From a virus, in the IMG/VR virus record IMGVR_UViG_3300023063_000003, positions 2,749 to 66,748 of that record: a stretch of 64,000 nt of DNA; one strand, written 5' to 3'. Position numbers and translations under genes: made by a program. Position 1 is the stretch's first letter, and each line of letters starts with the position of its first letter. The notes under the pieces are model-generated. The model was not told where the DNA came from. It was given only the letters and a program-made list of their open reading frames with translations, and did not search any database. Positions 9,130 through 17,306 of this stretch are shown in pieces.

Positions 9130-9677
9130 CAGCGCCCCGCTTCGTCGAGCAGGCGGCGGAAGTCTTCAGCGCTGAGCGAGACCTTGCCGGAGTCACGACC
9201 ACTGCCGAACTTCACCGATTTTAATTGCTCTGGTTCGGCGCGTGGTGCGCTCGGCGCCACGATGAACCGGTCGTCCTTGCCGGCGCTGCGCAGCTGGTAT
9301 GCTGTCAGCACCAGCGCGCCGAAGCCCGCCGCCGCCGTGTGCAGCACAGCGGACTCGGCGTCGTGGGACTCGCCTGACCAGAATGCAGACAGGTGACGAT
9401 GCGTGGCGCCGTAGACGCGGCCCCAGTCCATGCCCTTCTCCCAATTGCGGTCCGCATATTTCTGCGCACCAAACGTGAAGACGCGCGCCACTTCGTTGAT
9501 CGCATCAGGCGGCAGCAGTTCATGGCGCACTTTGCCGGCGTCAAGTTTGACGCCATTGGACGCCATGCCGGCCGGCTTGGAACCGTCGGCGGCAAGTTCA
9601 GCGGCAAGGACATCGATATCAATGACCTGACCATTACGCGTGTGCACGCGATCACGGTAAAAAGGACCAGCACCCAT
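9129..9677 (-). CDS. dATP/dGTP diphosphohydrolase-domain (DUF5664) protein
   Basis: K.D.GK...LLP..A...VA.V..FGA.KY..RNWEKG......A..RHL..D.ES...H. Confidence 0.8.
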   Translation of the reverse strand: MGAGPFYRDRVHTRNGQVIDIDVLAAELAADGSKPAGMASNGVKLDAGKVRHELLPPDAINEVARVFTFGAQKYADRNWEKGMDWGRVYGATHRHLSAFWSGESHDAESAVLHTAAAGFGALVLTAYQLRSAGKDDRFIVAPSAPRAEPEQLKSVKFGSGRDSGKVSLSAEDFRRLLDEAGR

Positions 9678-9811
9678 TATTTTGCTCTCCCGCAAAATGA
9701 TTTGAAATCAGGCCCAAAGTAAAAACGAAAGTCTTCACCAGGGATAAGCATGCCGGCGATCCATAGCACCACAACAGTGGCACCGATGGCGCCTAAAATT
9801 GCGCGGATCAC
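9677..9811 (-). CDS. Small membrane protein (44 aa)
   Basis: GTGA-coupled start; hydrophobic segment ILGAIGATVVVLWIAGMLI; fills the gap exactly. Confidence 0.5.
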   Translation of the reverse strand: MIRAILGAIGATVVVLWIAGMLIPGEDFRFYFGPDFKSFCGRAK

Positions 9812-10362
9812 GCACCCGCTTTCCACAGCGCCTGCAAATGCTCAGCCTGGGCCACGGCGTCGAACAGCGCATTGTGGGCGCCCTTGTTGACCGGCTTCGG
9901 CACGTCCTTGAAGCGCGGGTTCGACTTCATGGTGCGAAAGCACCGCGAGTTGAAGAACGACCACGGTGCTTTTTGCTGGCCGTAAGCATGCTGCAGCATC
10001 GGGATATCGAAGTCCGCACCATTGCTCCACACCTTGACAACATCAGGTTTGACATGCGTGGCATTGAACCAGTCGCGCAGAGCATCGAGCGCAGCGCTGA
10101 GTGTCCGGACATTCTTATCGCTGAACACAGCCTGCGCCGCTTTATCCTGCTGCATCCACCACGCAAGTGTGGATGGCGAGATCGTACGGTACTCGTCCAG
10201 GTTCGACTGGACCGTGACGACCTGATAAAAGCCAGCGTCGTCGATCTTGTCAGCGTTGAAGCGCACAGCGCCGATCGACAGGATCACGCCAGTGACAGCA
10301 GTGTCAAGCGTCTCCAAGTCAATCATGACGTGCTCGTAAATATCTTTCTTTTTCGTAGCCAT
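9808..10362 (-). CDS. DEDDh 3'-5' exonuclease (DUF5051 / RNase AS-like)
   Basis: MIDLETL, W.NGADFD, RCFRT and HNALFDA motifs. Confidence 0.85.
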   Translation of the reverse strand: MATKKKDIYEHVMIDLETLDTAVTGVILSIGAVRFNADKIDDAGFYQVVTVQSNLDEYRTISPSTLAWWMQQDKAAQAVFSDKNVRTLSAALDALRDWFNATHVKPDVVKVWSNGADFDIPMLQHAYGQQKAPWSFFNSRCFRTMKSNPRFKDVPKPVNKGAHNALFDAVAQAEHLQALWKAGA

Positions 10363-10391
10363 TTGGCCTCCGACTATGTGGTACGCGCGTT

Positions 10392-10421
10392 AAAAAACCC
10401 CTACGGATTTCTCCGTAGAGG
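10392..10421 (-). terminator. Intrinsic terminator
   Basis: CTACGGA/TCCGTAG stem with a T6 tract on the minus strand. Confidence 0.7.
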
Positions 10422-10442
10422 CGGTGGCTTCGCAGTTAGAAC

Positions 10443-10682
10443 TTAGGCGGTAGCCGGCGTCAGCTTGTCGACTTTCTTCTGCGCGGCGTCGATGGCCTTC
10501 TGCAGTTTTGCGCCGGCGCTGGCATGGGTCTTCAGTTCGGCGGTCGCAGCTTTCAGTTCAGCGGTCGCGTCCTTCAAAGCCAACTTGCTCGCCGCGGCTT
10601 TTTCTTTGCCTGCGGTGATGGCTGCTTTGTCAGCGACTTTTTGCTCAGCTGGGGTCAGAACTTTGGATGGGGTACGTGCCAT
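10443..10682 (-). CDS. Lys/Ala-rich coiled-coil small protein
   Basis: AAGGA RBS; AELK repeats. Confidence 0.6.
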   Translation of the reverse strand: MARTPSKVLTPAEQKVADKAAITAGKEKAAASKLALKDATAELKAATAELKTHASAGAKLQKAIDAAQKKVDKLTPATA

Positions 10683-10893
10683 GATAAATTTCCTTCAAAG
10701 ATTTAGTGTAAGCCAGCTCATTGAGTCTGGTTGCCCGAGAGATCAGGCGATTGATGATGCTTTTCCTGCGTCGCGTACCGGACTCGAGGTCCAGTGCCGC
10801 GATTACTTCCTCATGGGTCAGCTCGTCAATGATCTCCCCCAGTCGGCGCATGGAATGCACGGCTTCAGAGACATACCACTGACGAGTTGACAT
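10645..10893 (-). CDS. Hypothetical phage protein
   Basis: AGGAAGGA RBS; L..EEV..AL.LE....RR.SII.RL pattern. Confidence 0.55.
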   Translation of the reverse strand: MSTRQWYVSEAVHSMRRLGEIIDELTHEEVIAALDLESGTRRRKSIINRLISRATRLNELAYTKSLKEIYHGTYPIQSSDPS

Positions 10894-10905
10894 ACGAGTC
10901 CTTCC

Positions 10906-11733
10906 TTACCGGCGCGGGGCCGGGCGTTTCGCCGTCGTGCGCGATTTTGGTGGAGCGACAACACCGTACGACGACACGTCCGGTTCCTGGGTCAAACGGT
11001 CGAGCGCTTCAGCTTTACGCGCCCAGTGAACTTCGACCGCTTCGTTCGGACGCGGATCACCGAACACGAGCTTCGGATAATCGACGTTCGGGTCCAGCGT
11101 CACATTCGTGATCAGGCCGATCGGCGTGATACCGAACTTTGCCGCCGTGCTGCGCACGTAACCATCAAAGCCCTTCAGGCCAGTTGGCGATACGTCGAGC
11201 GTCCACAGTGGCGTGTCGTCATCTGCATCAGGCGGCAGGACGGCCAGACGGCGACCGTTCTTGCACGCCTTGCCGGCGCCGGCCGAACCGAACTGGTTCA
11301 TTGGGCACGAAGCACAGGTGTCGGACTGCTTGACTGGCGAGTTGTCACTTGGGACCAGCTGCGTCGGGTTGGTACCGAGCGCGAAGCAGGTTGGTGGGAC
11401 GATGTCATCCTTGTTATAGGCACCTTCGTAGAAAGTGTTCGCCGAGATGAAGTCGACGATGACGATGTCCAGGCTGTCGGTCTCGCTGCCATCGGGCAGC
11501 ACGAACTTGCCCGGTTTGAGTTTGATCTTGTCGCCGCCTGCGGACTGGGTCTTATCGGCCAGAGCGGCCAGATCGGCTTTCATCTGCGCTTGGATGGAGA
11601 CAAGCGCGCCGGTCGATGGTTTTTTCACTGCGAGCGCAGTGCTAGGTTTTGCTGCTGGTTTCGCAGTTGCTGGTTTTGCTGCTACTGCTGGTTTTGCGGC
11701 CGTTTTGGCTGGTGCTGCTTTGGCTGTGGCCAT
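10906..11733 (-). CDS. Putative ssDNA-binding/annealing protein with Cys cluster
   Basis: P.CF..G, C..CP.NQFGS...GKACKN.RRLAV; Lys/Ala/Pro N-terminal tail; located in the replication module. Confidence 0.6.
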   Translation of the reverse strand: MATAKAAPAKTAAKPAVAAKPATAKPAAKPSTALAVKKPSTGALVSIQAQMKADLAALADKTQSAGGDKIKLKPGKFVLPDGSETDSLDIVIVDFISANTFYEGAYNKDDIVPPTCFALGTNPTQLVPSDNSPVKQSDTCASCPMNQFGSAGAGKACKNGRRLAVLPPDADDDTPLWTLDVSPTGLKGFDGYVRSTAAKFGITPIGLITNVTLDPNVDYPKLVFGDPRPNEAVEVHWARKAEALDRLTQEPDVSSYGVVAPPKSRTTAKRPAPRR

Positions 11734-11801
11734 GATGTACTTCCTAGAGGGAGTTTGTGGAGTTTGTGTGCAACGGTCTTACACCTGCGCCGCGCGGCGG
11801 C

Positions 11802-12218
11802 TTACGCCACTTTGCGGATATTCAGTTTCTTTTTCGTGAACGGTTCGACGCCAGGAACTTTGCCCTTCGTCTCGAACAATTCACGAATCGCCGGCTCGCT
11901 GGTACGACGCTGCAAGAGATGCGTGAACTTGTTCTTGATGATGTAGGCCCAGAGCGCATCCCAGTCGACGACGTTACCGGTGAGTGAAGAACTGATGGAC
12001 ACCGTGGCCAGCTTGCCGGTCGACTTGTCGACACCCTGCGCTTCCATGGTTTCCATCAGCTCGGTCTCGGCAGCGGTGATGCGCGCCTGAATCGCTTTTT
12101 CTTCTTCCTGCTTTACACGCAGCTCTTCGCGAATCTTGTAGATTGCATCGATCTGCAGACCAAGCGACGGCGCCTTTCGTGGCGCTTTCGTAATGGCCTC
12201 CTTCTTTACTGTAGGCAT
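11802..12218 (-). CDS. Conserved replication-module protein
   Basis: Coiled coil plus V.DWDAL..YI....LLQRR...VPGV motif. Confidence 0.6.
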   Translation of the reverse strand: MPTVKKEAITKAPRKAPSLGLQIDAIYKIREELRVKQEEEKAIQARITAAETELMETMEAQGVDKSTGKLATVSISSSLTGNVVDWDALWAYIIKNKFTHLLQRRTSEPAIRELFETKGKVPGVEPFTKKKLNIRKVA

Positions 12219-12275
12219 GATTGTATTCCTTTCTTTTACGTTGTGTACAGCTTTGTTTGACAGCGATTGAAACTT

Positions 12276-12542
12276 TTAGCCGAACTCAGTTGGTGGGACG
12301 ACTTCGATTTCCTTGATGCGACTTTCCAACCGCCGCGCCGCGTGGTCGGTCAGCATGGCGATCAGCGCTTCGGTTGCAGTGTCACCGTACCCATTAGCGG
12401 CGAACTTACCGGTATGTGGATTCAGGTAACAACGCACGCGCTTCTTCCCAGTGATTACGTGGAATTCACTATCCATGAAACTGAGACTGCCAGCGGCAAC
12501 GACGATGTTATCGAGCGCCAGGAGGATTTCGTCGGAGGTCAT
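12276..12542 (-). CDS. Small protein, array member 5 (RL-tail family)
   Basis: GDTATEALIAMLTDHAARRLES; coupled start. Confidence 0.55.
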   Translation of the reverse strand: MTSDEILLALDNIVVAAGSLSFMDSEFHVITGKKRVRCYLNPHTGKFAANGYGDTATEALIAMLTDHAARRLESRIKEIEVVPPTEFG

Positions 12543-12844
12543 TTCAACCTCGCTTGAGCCATGTTGATTGCCAGTGCTCCCAACGCATCACGCACTGATC
12601 CACCACCACCGGTCATCAAACCCTTATCACTTTCAAGTTTATAACTGATCTGCCAGCTGTGAGTATTAGAAAGGAAAGTACGCTCGAGCTTAATACTGCC
12701 GCGCACCAGCAGATTTTCGAGCATGTCGAAAAGCATGGCATCCACTGCGGGATCACCAGCTGGTAAATCTGGTTGGTAGTCTTTCCACTTCGGATTGAGC
12801 AGTCGTGCATACGCAGAACTAGCTTCCGGTTTCCAGTCATCCAT
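12539..12844 (-). CDS. Small protein, array member 4 (RL-tail family)
   Basis: GSVRDALGALAINMAQARLK*. Confidence 0.55.
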   Translation of the reverse strand: MDDWKPEASSAYARLLNPKWKDYQPDLPAGDPAVDAMLFDMLENLLVRGSIKLERTFLSNTHSWQISYKLESDKGLMTGGGGSVRDALGALAINMAQARLK

Positions 12845-13067
12845 CTAACCTCCCTGCGACCTGATAAGCAATCAGCTGACCAATCACGTCTTCGCGCGTT
12901 GGGCCGTTGAACTCTGCGACTGGTCTACCAAAGTCCACATCACCGTCGATCGGATAAAGCGTTATACACGGCGGGTTCTGAGGTTGGTTCCCATCTACCA
13001 CAAGACTGCCGCTACTTATCGCCGTCCACAGTGCTTCGATCTGCTGTGCTTCAGTTGGTGTGTTCAT
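12837..13067 (-). CDS. Small protein, array member 3 (RL-tail family)
   Basis: QQIEALW...GPTREDVIGQLIAYQVAGRLDG*. Confidence 0.65.
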   Translation of the reverse strand: MNTPTEAQQIEALWTAISSGSLVVDGNQPQNPPCITLYPIDGDVDFGRPVAEFNGPTREDVIGQLIAYQVAGRLDG

Positions 13068-13306
13068 TCCAGCCTCTCTGCAACTTGGAAAGCGATCAGT
13101 TGGCCGATCGCGTCTTCGCGCGTCGGGCCACTAAAAGTCTTTATACGCTCACCATTACTACCGTTCGTAGTGTTTGTATAGAGTGCCAAAGCTTCAGCAC
13201 GGTCGCTGCCTACTTCTCCTGGAATATCGACACTAATCCAGTACTTTGAACTGCGTAGCATCGCCCATAGTGCATCGAGCTGCTGTGTTTCAGTCAGTAT
13301 GTTCAT
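13064..13306 (-). CDS. Small protein, array member 2 (RL-tail family)
   Basis: QQLDALW...GPTREDAIGQLIAFQVAERLE*. Confidence 0.65.
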   Translation of the reverse strand: MNILTETQQLDALWAMLRSSKYWISVDIPGEVGSDRAEALALYTNTTNGSNGERIKTFSGPTREDAIGQLIAFQVAERLE

Positions 13307-13569
13307 TCCAACCTCTCTGCAACTTGAAAAGCGATCAATTTTTCAAGCATATCTTCAAGGGTCATTGCCCGAAGATAAACCACAGCTCGTGTTTCAGGAT
13401 TTTCAAGCGCCATACAAAAATCATCGGCCCAGAGAATGACAGGATATTGAATGTCCCGTTGGCCCGGCGAGTGAAAGGATTTGTTGTAGCCCTTCGAGGT
13501 AAGCAGCCACCACAATGTGGCGATCTGCTGATCCTTACTTGGAATAATTGGCTGCATAGCCACCCTCAC
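13303..13569 (-). CDS. Small protein, array member 1 (RL-tail family)
   Basis: QQIATLW...EDMLEKLIAFQVAERLE*; overlaps the polymerase 3' end. Confidence 0.6.
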   Translation of the reverse strand: MRVAMQPIIPSKDQQIATLWWLLTSKGYNKSFHSPGQRDIQYPVILWADDFCMALENPETRAVVYLRAMTLEDMLEKLIAFQVAERLE

Positions 13570-15646
13570 AATTCAACGGAATATCTGCACACCACGTCGG
13601 CGGCGTCCGCATGATTTTCATCATGTCATCGAAACACTTCTTCACCTTAGCGATAGTGGAGATGCACACCACTTCATCATGAGTTGTGGTGACGACGCGC
13701 CAGCCACGGTGCGCAATATCGAGCATCTGCTCAGCGACGATGATCCTGGCCAGTGCCTGCACCAAGTTCTCACATAAAAGCCCGCCGTAAATCTTGACGC
13801 GCTCGCCCTTGCGCTCATATGACCACTCGTCCCAATCGGTTTCCTGATTGCGCTCGAGTTTGAGCTTCGGATACTTCAGGCACACACCATTCGGCAAGTA
13901 GACCTTGTCCTTGTCCCACGAGATGCACTTGTGGGAGCCGGTGATGCCGCGCGCCATCTGCGGCAAGATCACATCGGTGCAGAACTTCCAGCCCTGCGCG
14001 ATCTTGAAGTTCTCACGCCGGTACGTGTTCACGATGTTCTTGCACATCGATTCCTCGAAGAAGACCGGTGGACCCATGTTCCCCAGCGCCAGCGTGGTCT
14101 GGAACTTGTTGTGGCCCATCTGATAGCCCAGGCCCAGCACGGCGACCTTGCCGACGAAGCGTTCGAGCTTGTCCTTCTTGGTGATCTCGCGACCGTAAAT
14201 CTTGGACGCGAACCGGCAGTAGGCATCCACGCCCTTGCCGGCGTCGGCCGCCGCAAACGCATCGAGAAGATCGGTCTGATCCCACAACCAACCATTGACT
14301 CGTGCTTCGATCTGGCCCGAATCGACGACGACGACCTGATGACCCTTCGGCGCCAGGATCGACTTGCGCAGCGTGCCGGTCGTGGCCGGATTGTCCGGGT
14401 CTTCACGCTTGAGGTTCTGCATGTTCATCTTGTTGCCACCGGACCAGCGCCACGTGTGCGCGCCGGCATACTTGAGGAACACCGGTAGCGGCATCCCGTT
14501 CGCACCGGCATTGAGGAAGCGCTGCGCACGCGTCTCATTGGTCGTCGACTTGACTGACAGGCGCGTCTCGACCAGGTCGCGGACCTTGGCGTCCGGGTGC
14601 TCGAGCAGCGAACCGAACGCAAGGTCAGTCTTGGCGAATGCATACGCCCACTTCTTCGATTCGTCGCGCGTCTTGAAGTAAGCCGGCGAGATTTTCATCG
14701 GTGGCTCGACGCCCACGTCGCGCAGCATCTGTGCAAAGACCTCATTGCTGCCGATGGCCTTCTTGGCGCGGAACAGGAGCAGCGTGCGAATGTCCGGATT
14801 GTCGTGGCCCTTCTTCCTCAGTTCGCTGATCTCCGGCTTGGTGATGATCGCGGCGACCTTCATCTTCATCATCTGGCGCAACTCAGCCTTGGTGCCGAGT
14901 GACGAGAGCAGCAGTTCTTCTTTTTCTGCGATCTCGCGGACCAGTTCTTTTTCGACCAGCGGAATGTCGACCAGCAGCACCGGGTCGGTGAACATCTTCA
15001 CGGTCAAGTCGATCAGCTCGATCTCCCGGGTCGGAAATTCAGCCAGCATCTCCTTGAAGATTTCAAGCGCCAGGTTCACGTCCTGGGCGCAATACTTCGC
15101 TGCCTTGTCATACAGCGGCTTCGGCCAGTTCAGCACGCCCTTGGTCTGATCTAGTACGCCTTCGACCTTGTTGCCCTTGCCATAGTATTGGGCCACTTCA
15201 TCCAAGCCGGCGCCGATGTCATTCGACAGCAGACCACGCGCCATCGACAGCGTGTCATAGATAAAGCACGGCTTGATCTTGTAGTGGTGGGACAGGATGA
15301 AGCAGTCGAACTGCGCGTTGTGGCACAGAATCGAGTGCGTCGACCAGTCAATCGCCTGCAACTCAGCTTTGAGCTTCGCGGCCGGGATCACCTTCGTGGC
15401 CTTGGTGCCGATCTTGACGCCGACCATTTGTGCCTTGAAGCGCGCATCGCGCACATACTCACTAGTCGACAACTTGCGCAGCGTGTAGGTATCATCCCAA
15501 TACGTTTCAAAATCGAGCACGACCAACTTGGCCCAATCTACTTTGTGCCGCGCGTGCACCGCCATCATCTTGGCGATCGTCGCGGCCATAATTTTCGCTG
15601 CCGGCTTGGCCACCGGCTTGGCTTGTACTGCGCTGCCCCAACCCAT
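13535..15646 (-). CDS. polA: Family A DNA polymerase with 3'-5' exonuclease
   Basis: Exo LDFETY/HNAQFD/YCAQDV; motif A DSGQIEARV, motif B RFVGKVAVLGLGY, motif C THDEV. Confidence 0.92.
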   Translation of the reverse strand: MGWGSAVQAKPVAKPAAKIMAATIAKMMAVHARHKVDWAKLVVLDFETYWDDTYTLRKLSTSEYVRDARFKAQMVGVKIGTKATKVIPAAKLKAELQAIDWSTHSILCHNAQFDCFILSHHYKIKPCFIYDTLSMARGLLSNDIGAGLDEVAQYYGKGNKVEGVLDQTKGVLNWPKPLYDKAAKYCAQDVNLALEIFKEMLAEFPTREIELIDLTVKMFTDPVLLVDIPLVEKELVREIAEKEELLLSSLGTKAELRQMMKMKVAAIITKPEISELRKKGHDNPDIRTLLLFRAKKAIGSNEVFAQMLRDVGVEPPMKISPAYFKTRDESKKWAYAFAKTDLAFGSLLEHPDAKVRDLVETRLSVKSTTNETRAQRFLNAGANGMPLPVFLKYAGAHTWRWSGGNKMNMQNLKREDPDNPATTGTLRKSILAPKGHQVVVVDSGQIEARVNGWLWDQTDLLDAFAAADAGKGVDAYCRFASKIYGREITKKDKLERFVGKVAVLGLGYQMGHNKFQTTLALGNMGPPVFFEESMCKNIVNTYRRENFKIAQGWKFCTDVILPQMARGITGSHKCISWDKDKVYLPNGVCLKYPKLKLERNQETDWDEWSYERKGERVKIYGGLLCENLVQALARIIVAEQMLDIAHRGWRVVTTTHDEVVCISTIAKVKKCFDDMMKIMRTPPTWCADIPLNCEGGYAANYSK

Positions 15647-15668
15647 ATAAATCCTTTCGTTTGTTTTT

Positions 15669-15762
15669 GTGATCGCCCACTACGTCCTGGAACTATTTAA
15701 CGAGCACGCAGGAATCGAACCATGTTCCACCAGGAATCCAACCGGGCCGTGGAGGCGATCAC
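15669..15762 (-). ncRNA. Candidate structured RNA with two T-loop-like hairpins
   Basis: Closing stem GTGATCGCC/GGCGATCAC; internal GG-TTGGATT-CC and GG-TTCGATT-CC; TGGAAC/GTTCCA helix. Confidence 0.45.
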
Positions 15763-15763
15763 C

Positions 15764-15785
15764 AAAAAGCCGGCTTTGCGCCGGC
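15764..15785 (-). terminator. Intrinsic terminator after thyX
   Basis: GCCGGC-GCAAA-GCCGGC-TTTTT on the minus strand. Confidence 0.65.
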
Positions 15786-15791
15786 AAAGAA

Positions 15792-16592
15792 TTAAAGTGA
15801 AATAATTGCACGGAACTGATGCCAGCCTTTGAAGTTACGGGACGCGGCATCCACAAAACTAGCAGCAAGTGCCTGATGCTCGAACGGCGATGCGTGGCCC
15901 GACGACTTGAGTGTTTCGGCCAGGACCAAATCTTTTTCGACGTTCGGCGCCGAACCATCATGGTTCAGATACGAGACACGCGCGCACCGCGCCGCCGAGA
16001 TCAGGCAAAGCTCATGTTTGTCAAAACCTTTTGCAATATCATCCGCAGTGATGTACGGAAGATGCCAGTCGGTCAGCACCGGTTGCGATACGCCTTGCGC
16101 TTCGCTCATCATCACGGCGAGATGCCGGAATTCTGGTTGCGCCATTGGCGACAAGCGCAGGTTGAAGAAATTATCCCACTCGGTCGACGTGACGAGCGTG
16201 TGCATCCACTGGAACGGTTCGAGGATGCGATTGACAACCTGCTTGTGGAGGCCCATGTTCATCATATCTTCAGCGATATTTGTCGCATGGACTGCTGCAA
16301 CATTCCAATACTCTCGGGCCGCTGCCAGATCGTGTCCTTTCGATTCCTCCCCCGCCTGCATCCCGGGCTTGTTGCTGCCCCAGTGGATCGGCGCGGCCGG
16401 GTTGGTGCGCACCTGCTCGATCATCTTGGCGACCGGCACCGCGCGCGAGGACATGGCATTGCGCGAGAAGACGCGGTGCGTCATCAATTCACTATGGATG
16501 AAGCGCGGATAGGTCAGGGACATCGTGATGATGTCCTTGCCGGCAGGGCTGGTGGAATGAGCGACAATATCTGCTTTGAAATTCATGATCAT
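15792..16592 (-). CDS. thyX: Flavin-dependent thymidylate synthase
   Basis: PRFIHSELMTHRVFSRNAMSSRA, SAARCARVSY, H.SPFEH. Confidence 0.9.
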   Translation of the reverse strand: MIMNFKADIVAHSTSPAGKDIITMSLTYPRFIHSELMTHRVFSRNAMSSRAVPVAKMIEQVRTNPAAPIHWGSNKPGMQAGEESKGHDLAAAREYWNVAAVHATNIAEDMMNMGLHKQVVNRILEPFQWMHTLVTSTEWDNFFNLRLSPMAQPEFRHLAVMMSEAQGVSQPVLTDWHLPYITADDIAKGFDKHELCLISAARCARVSYLNHDGSAPNVEKDLVLAETLKSSGHASPFEHQALAASFVDAASRNFKGWHQFRAIISL

Positions 16593-16611
16593 GCTTTCAT
16601 GTTGAGGTAAA

Positions 16612-17040
16612 TTATTTAAGAGCTGCGCGACGTTGGATCGTCGCGTTCACAGCTCTTTCGATATCGATCGCGCGAATATTTTCGAGCTGTGCATCGAAGC
16701 AGTCCAGGGCATCGCCGATGATCAACGCTTCGCCGCCGCGCAGCAGCAACTTGGGCCGGTACCGCACAAGCTGCAGCACAGTGCGCGCGTCGGCTATGCG
16801 GCTGATCAGCTCAAGGCCAATGCCCTGGTCACACAGTACCAAGCCGATGTCGACAGCGTCAACAAGGGCCGTGATGTGGTCCGCATTGGCATGACCCATC
16901 GCCAGCGCGGCCAGCGCGCCGTGGTTCTTGATCTTGAGCTTTTGCAGGTCGCCGGCATACACCGCGCTGATGTTCCCGAAGATTTTCAACGGATCAACAG
17001 CGGTGTATTTCGGCCCCTGGTACTTCTTGTGGCGTTTCAT
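16612..17040 (-). CDS. Hypothetical phage protein
   Basis: ATGA-coupled; helical protein. Confidence 0.6.
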   Translation of the reverse strand: MKRHKKYQGPKYTAVDPLKIFGNISAVYAGDLQKLKIKNHGALAALAMGHANADHITALVDAVDIGLVLCDQGIGLELISRIADARTVLQLVRYRPKLLLRGGEALIIGDALDCFDAQLENIRAIDIERAVNATIQRRAALK

Positions 17041-17306
17041 TCAGGGACCGCCGCGCAAGGCCCGTCGTGGCCGGCCACACGTGTGCAGCGCCAACCAGGA
17101 GGCGGGACAGTGCAGACAGCAGGTGTTTGCGCTGCCAGTGCTTGCGAGGCGAGAGCGGCTTGCCAGCCTTCCCACGCTGCTTGAACCTGCATAAGCGGAA
17201 ATCCGCCGCTGTTGTTTATTATGAGCTGGGCTTTGGCCCAACCAACAGACATGGCCCACGACTTAAACAACACCAACTGCGCATCCAGATCAATCTTATC
17301 CATCAA
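17037..17306 (-). CDS. Hypothetical protein with AAWEGWQAA motif and C-terminal Cys/His motif
   Basis: C..PPPGW.CTR..GH.GPC. Confidence 0.55.
   Translation of the reverse strand: MMDKIDLDAQLVLFKSWAMSVGWAKAQLIINNSGGFPLMQVQAAWEGWQAALASQALAAQTPAVCTVPPPGWRCTRVAGHDGPCAAVPE

Noticed and set aside
11641-11730. Repetitive GCTGGTTTT DNA
   Set aside because: Explained by the low-complexity AKPA N-terminal tail of the SSB-like protein.
15700-15745. tRNA gene suggested by GGTTCGATTCC on the minus strand
   Set aside because: No acceptor stem, D arm, anticodon arm or CCA can be built. Kept only as a structured-RNA candidate.
5809-16592. DNA base-modification system (Z-genome or deazaguanine) suggested by DUF5664 + dUTPase + ThyX
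   Set aside because: No purZ, dpdA, que/fol or transferase genes recognised in the window. Ordinary nucleotide-pool enzymes suffice.
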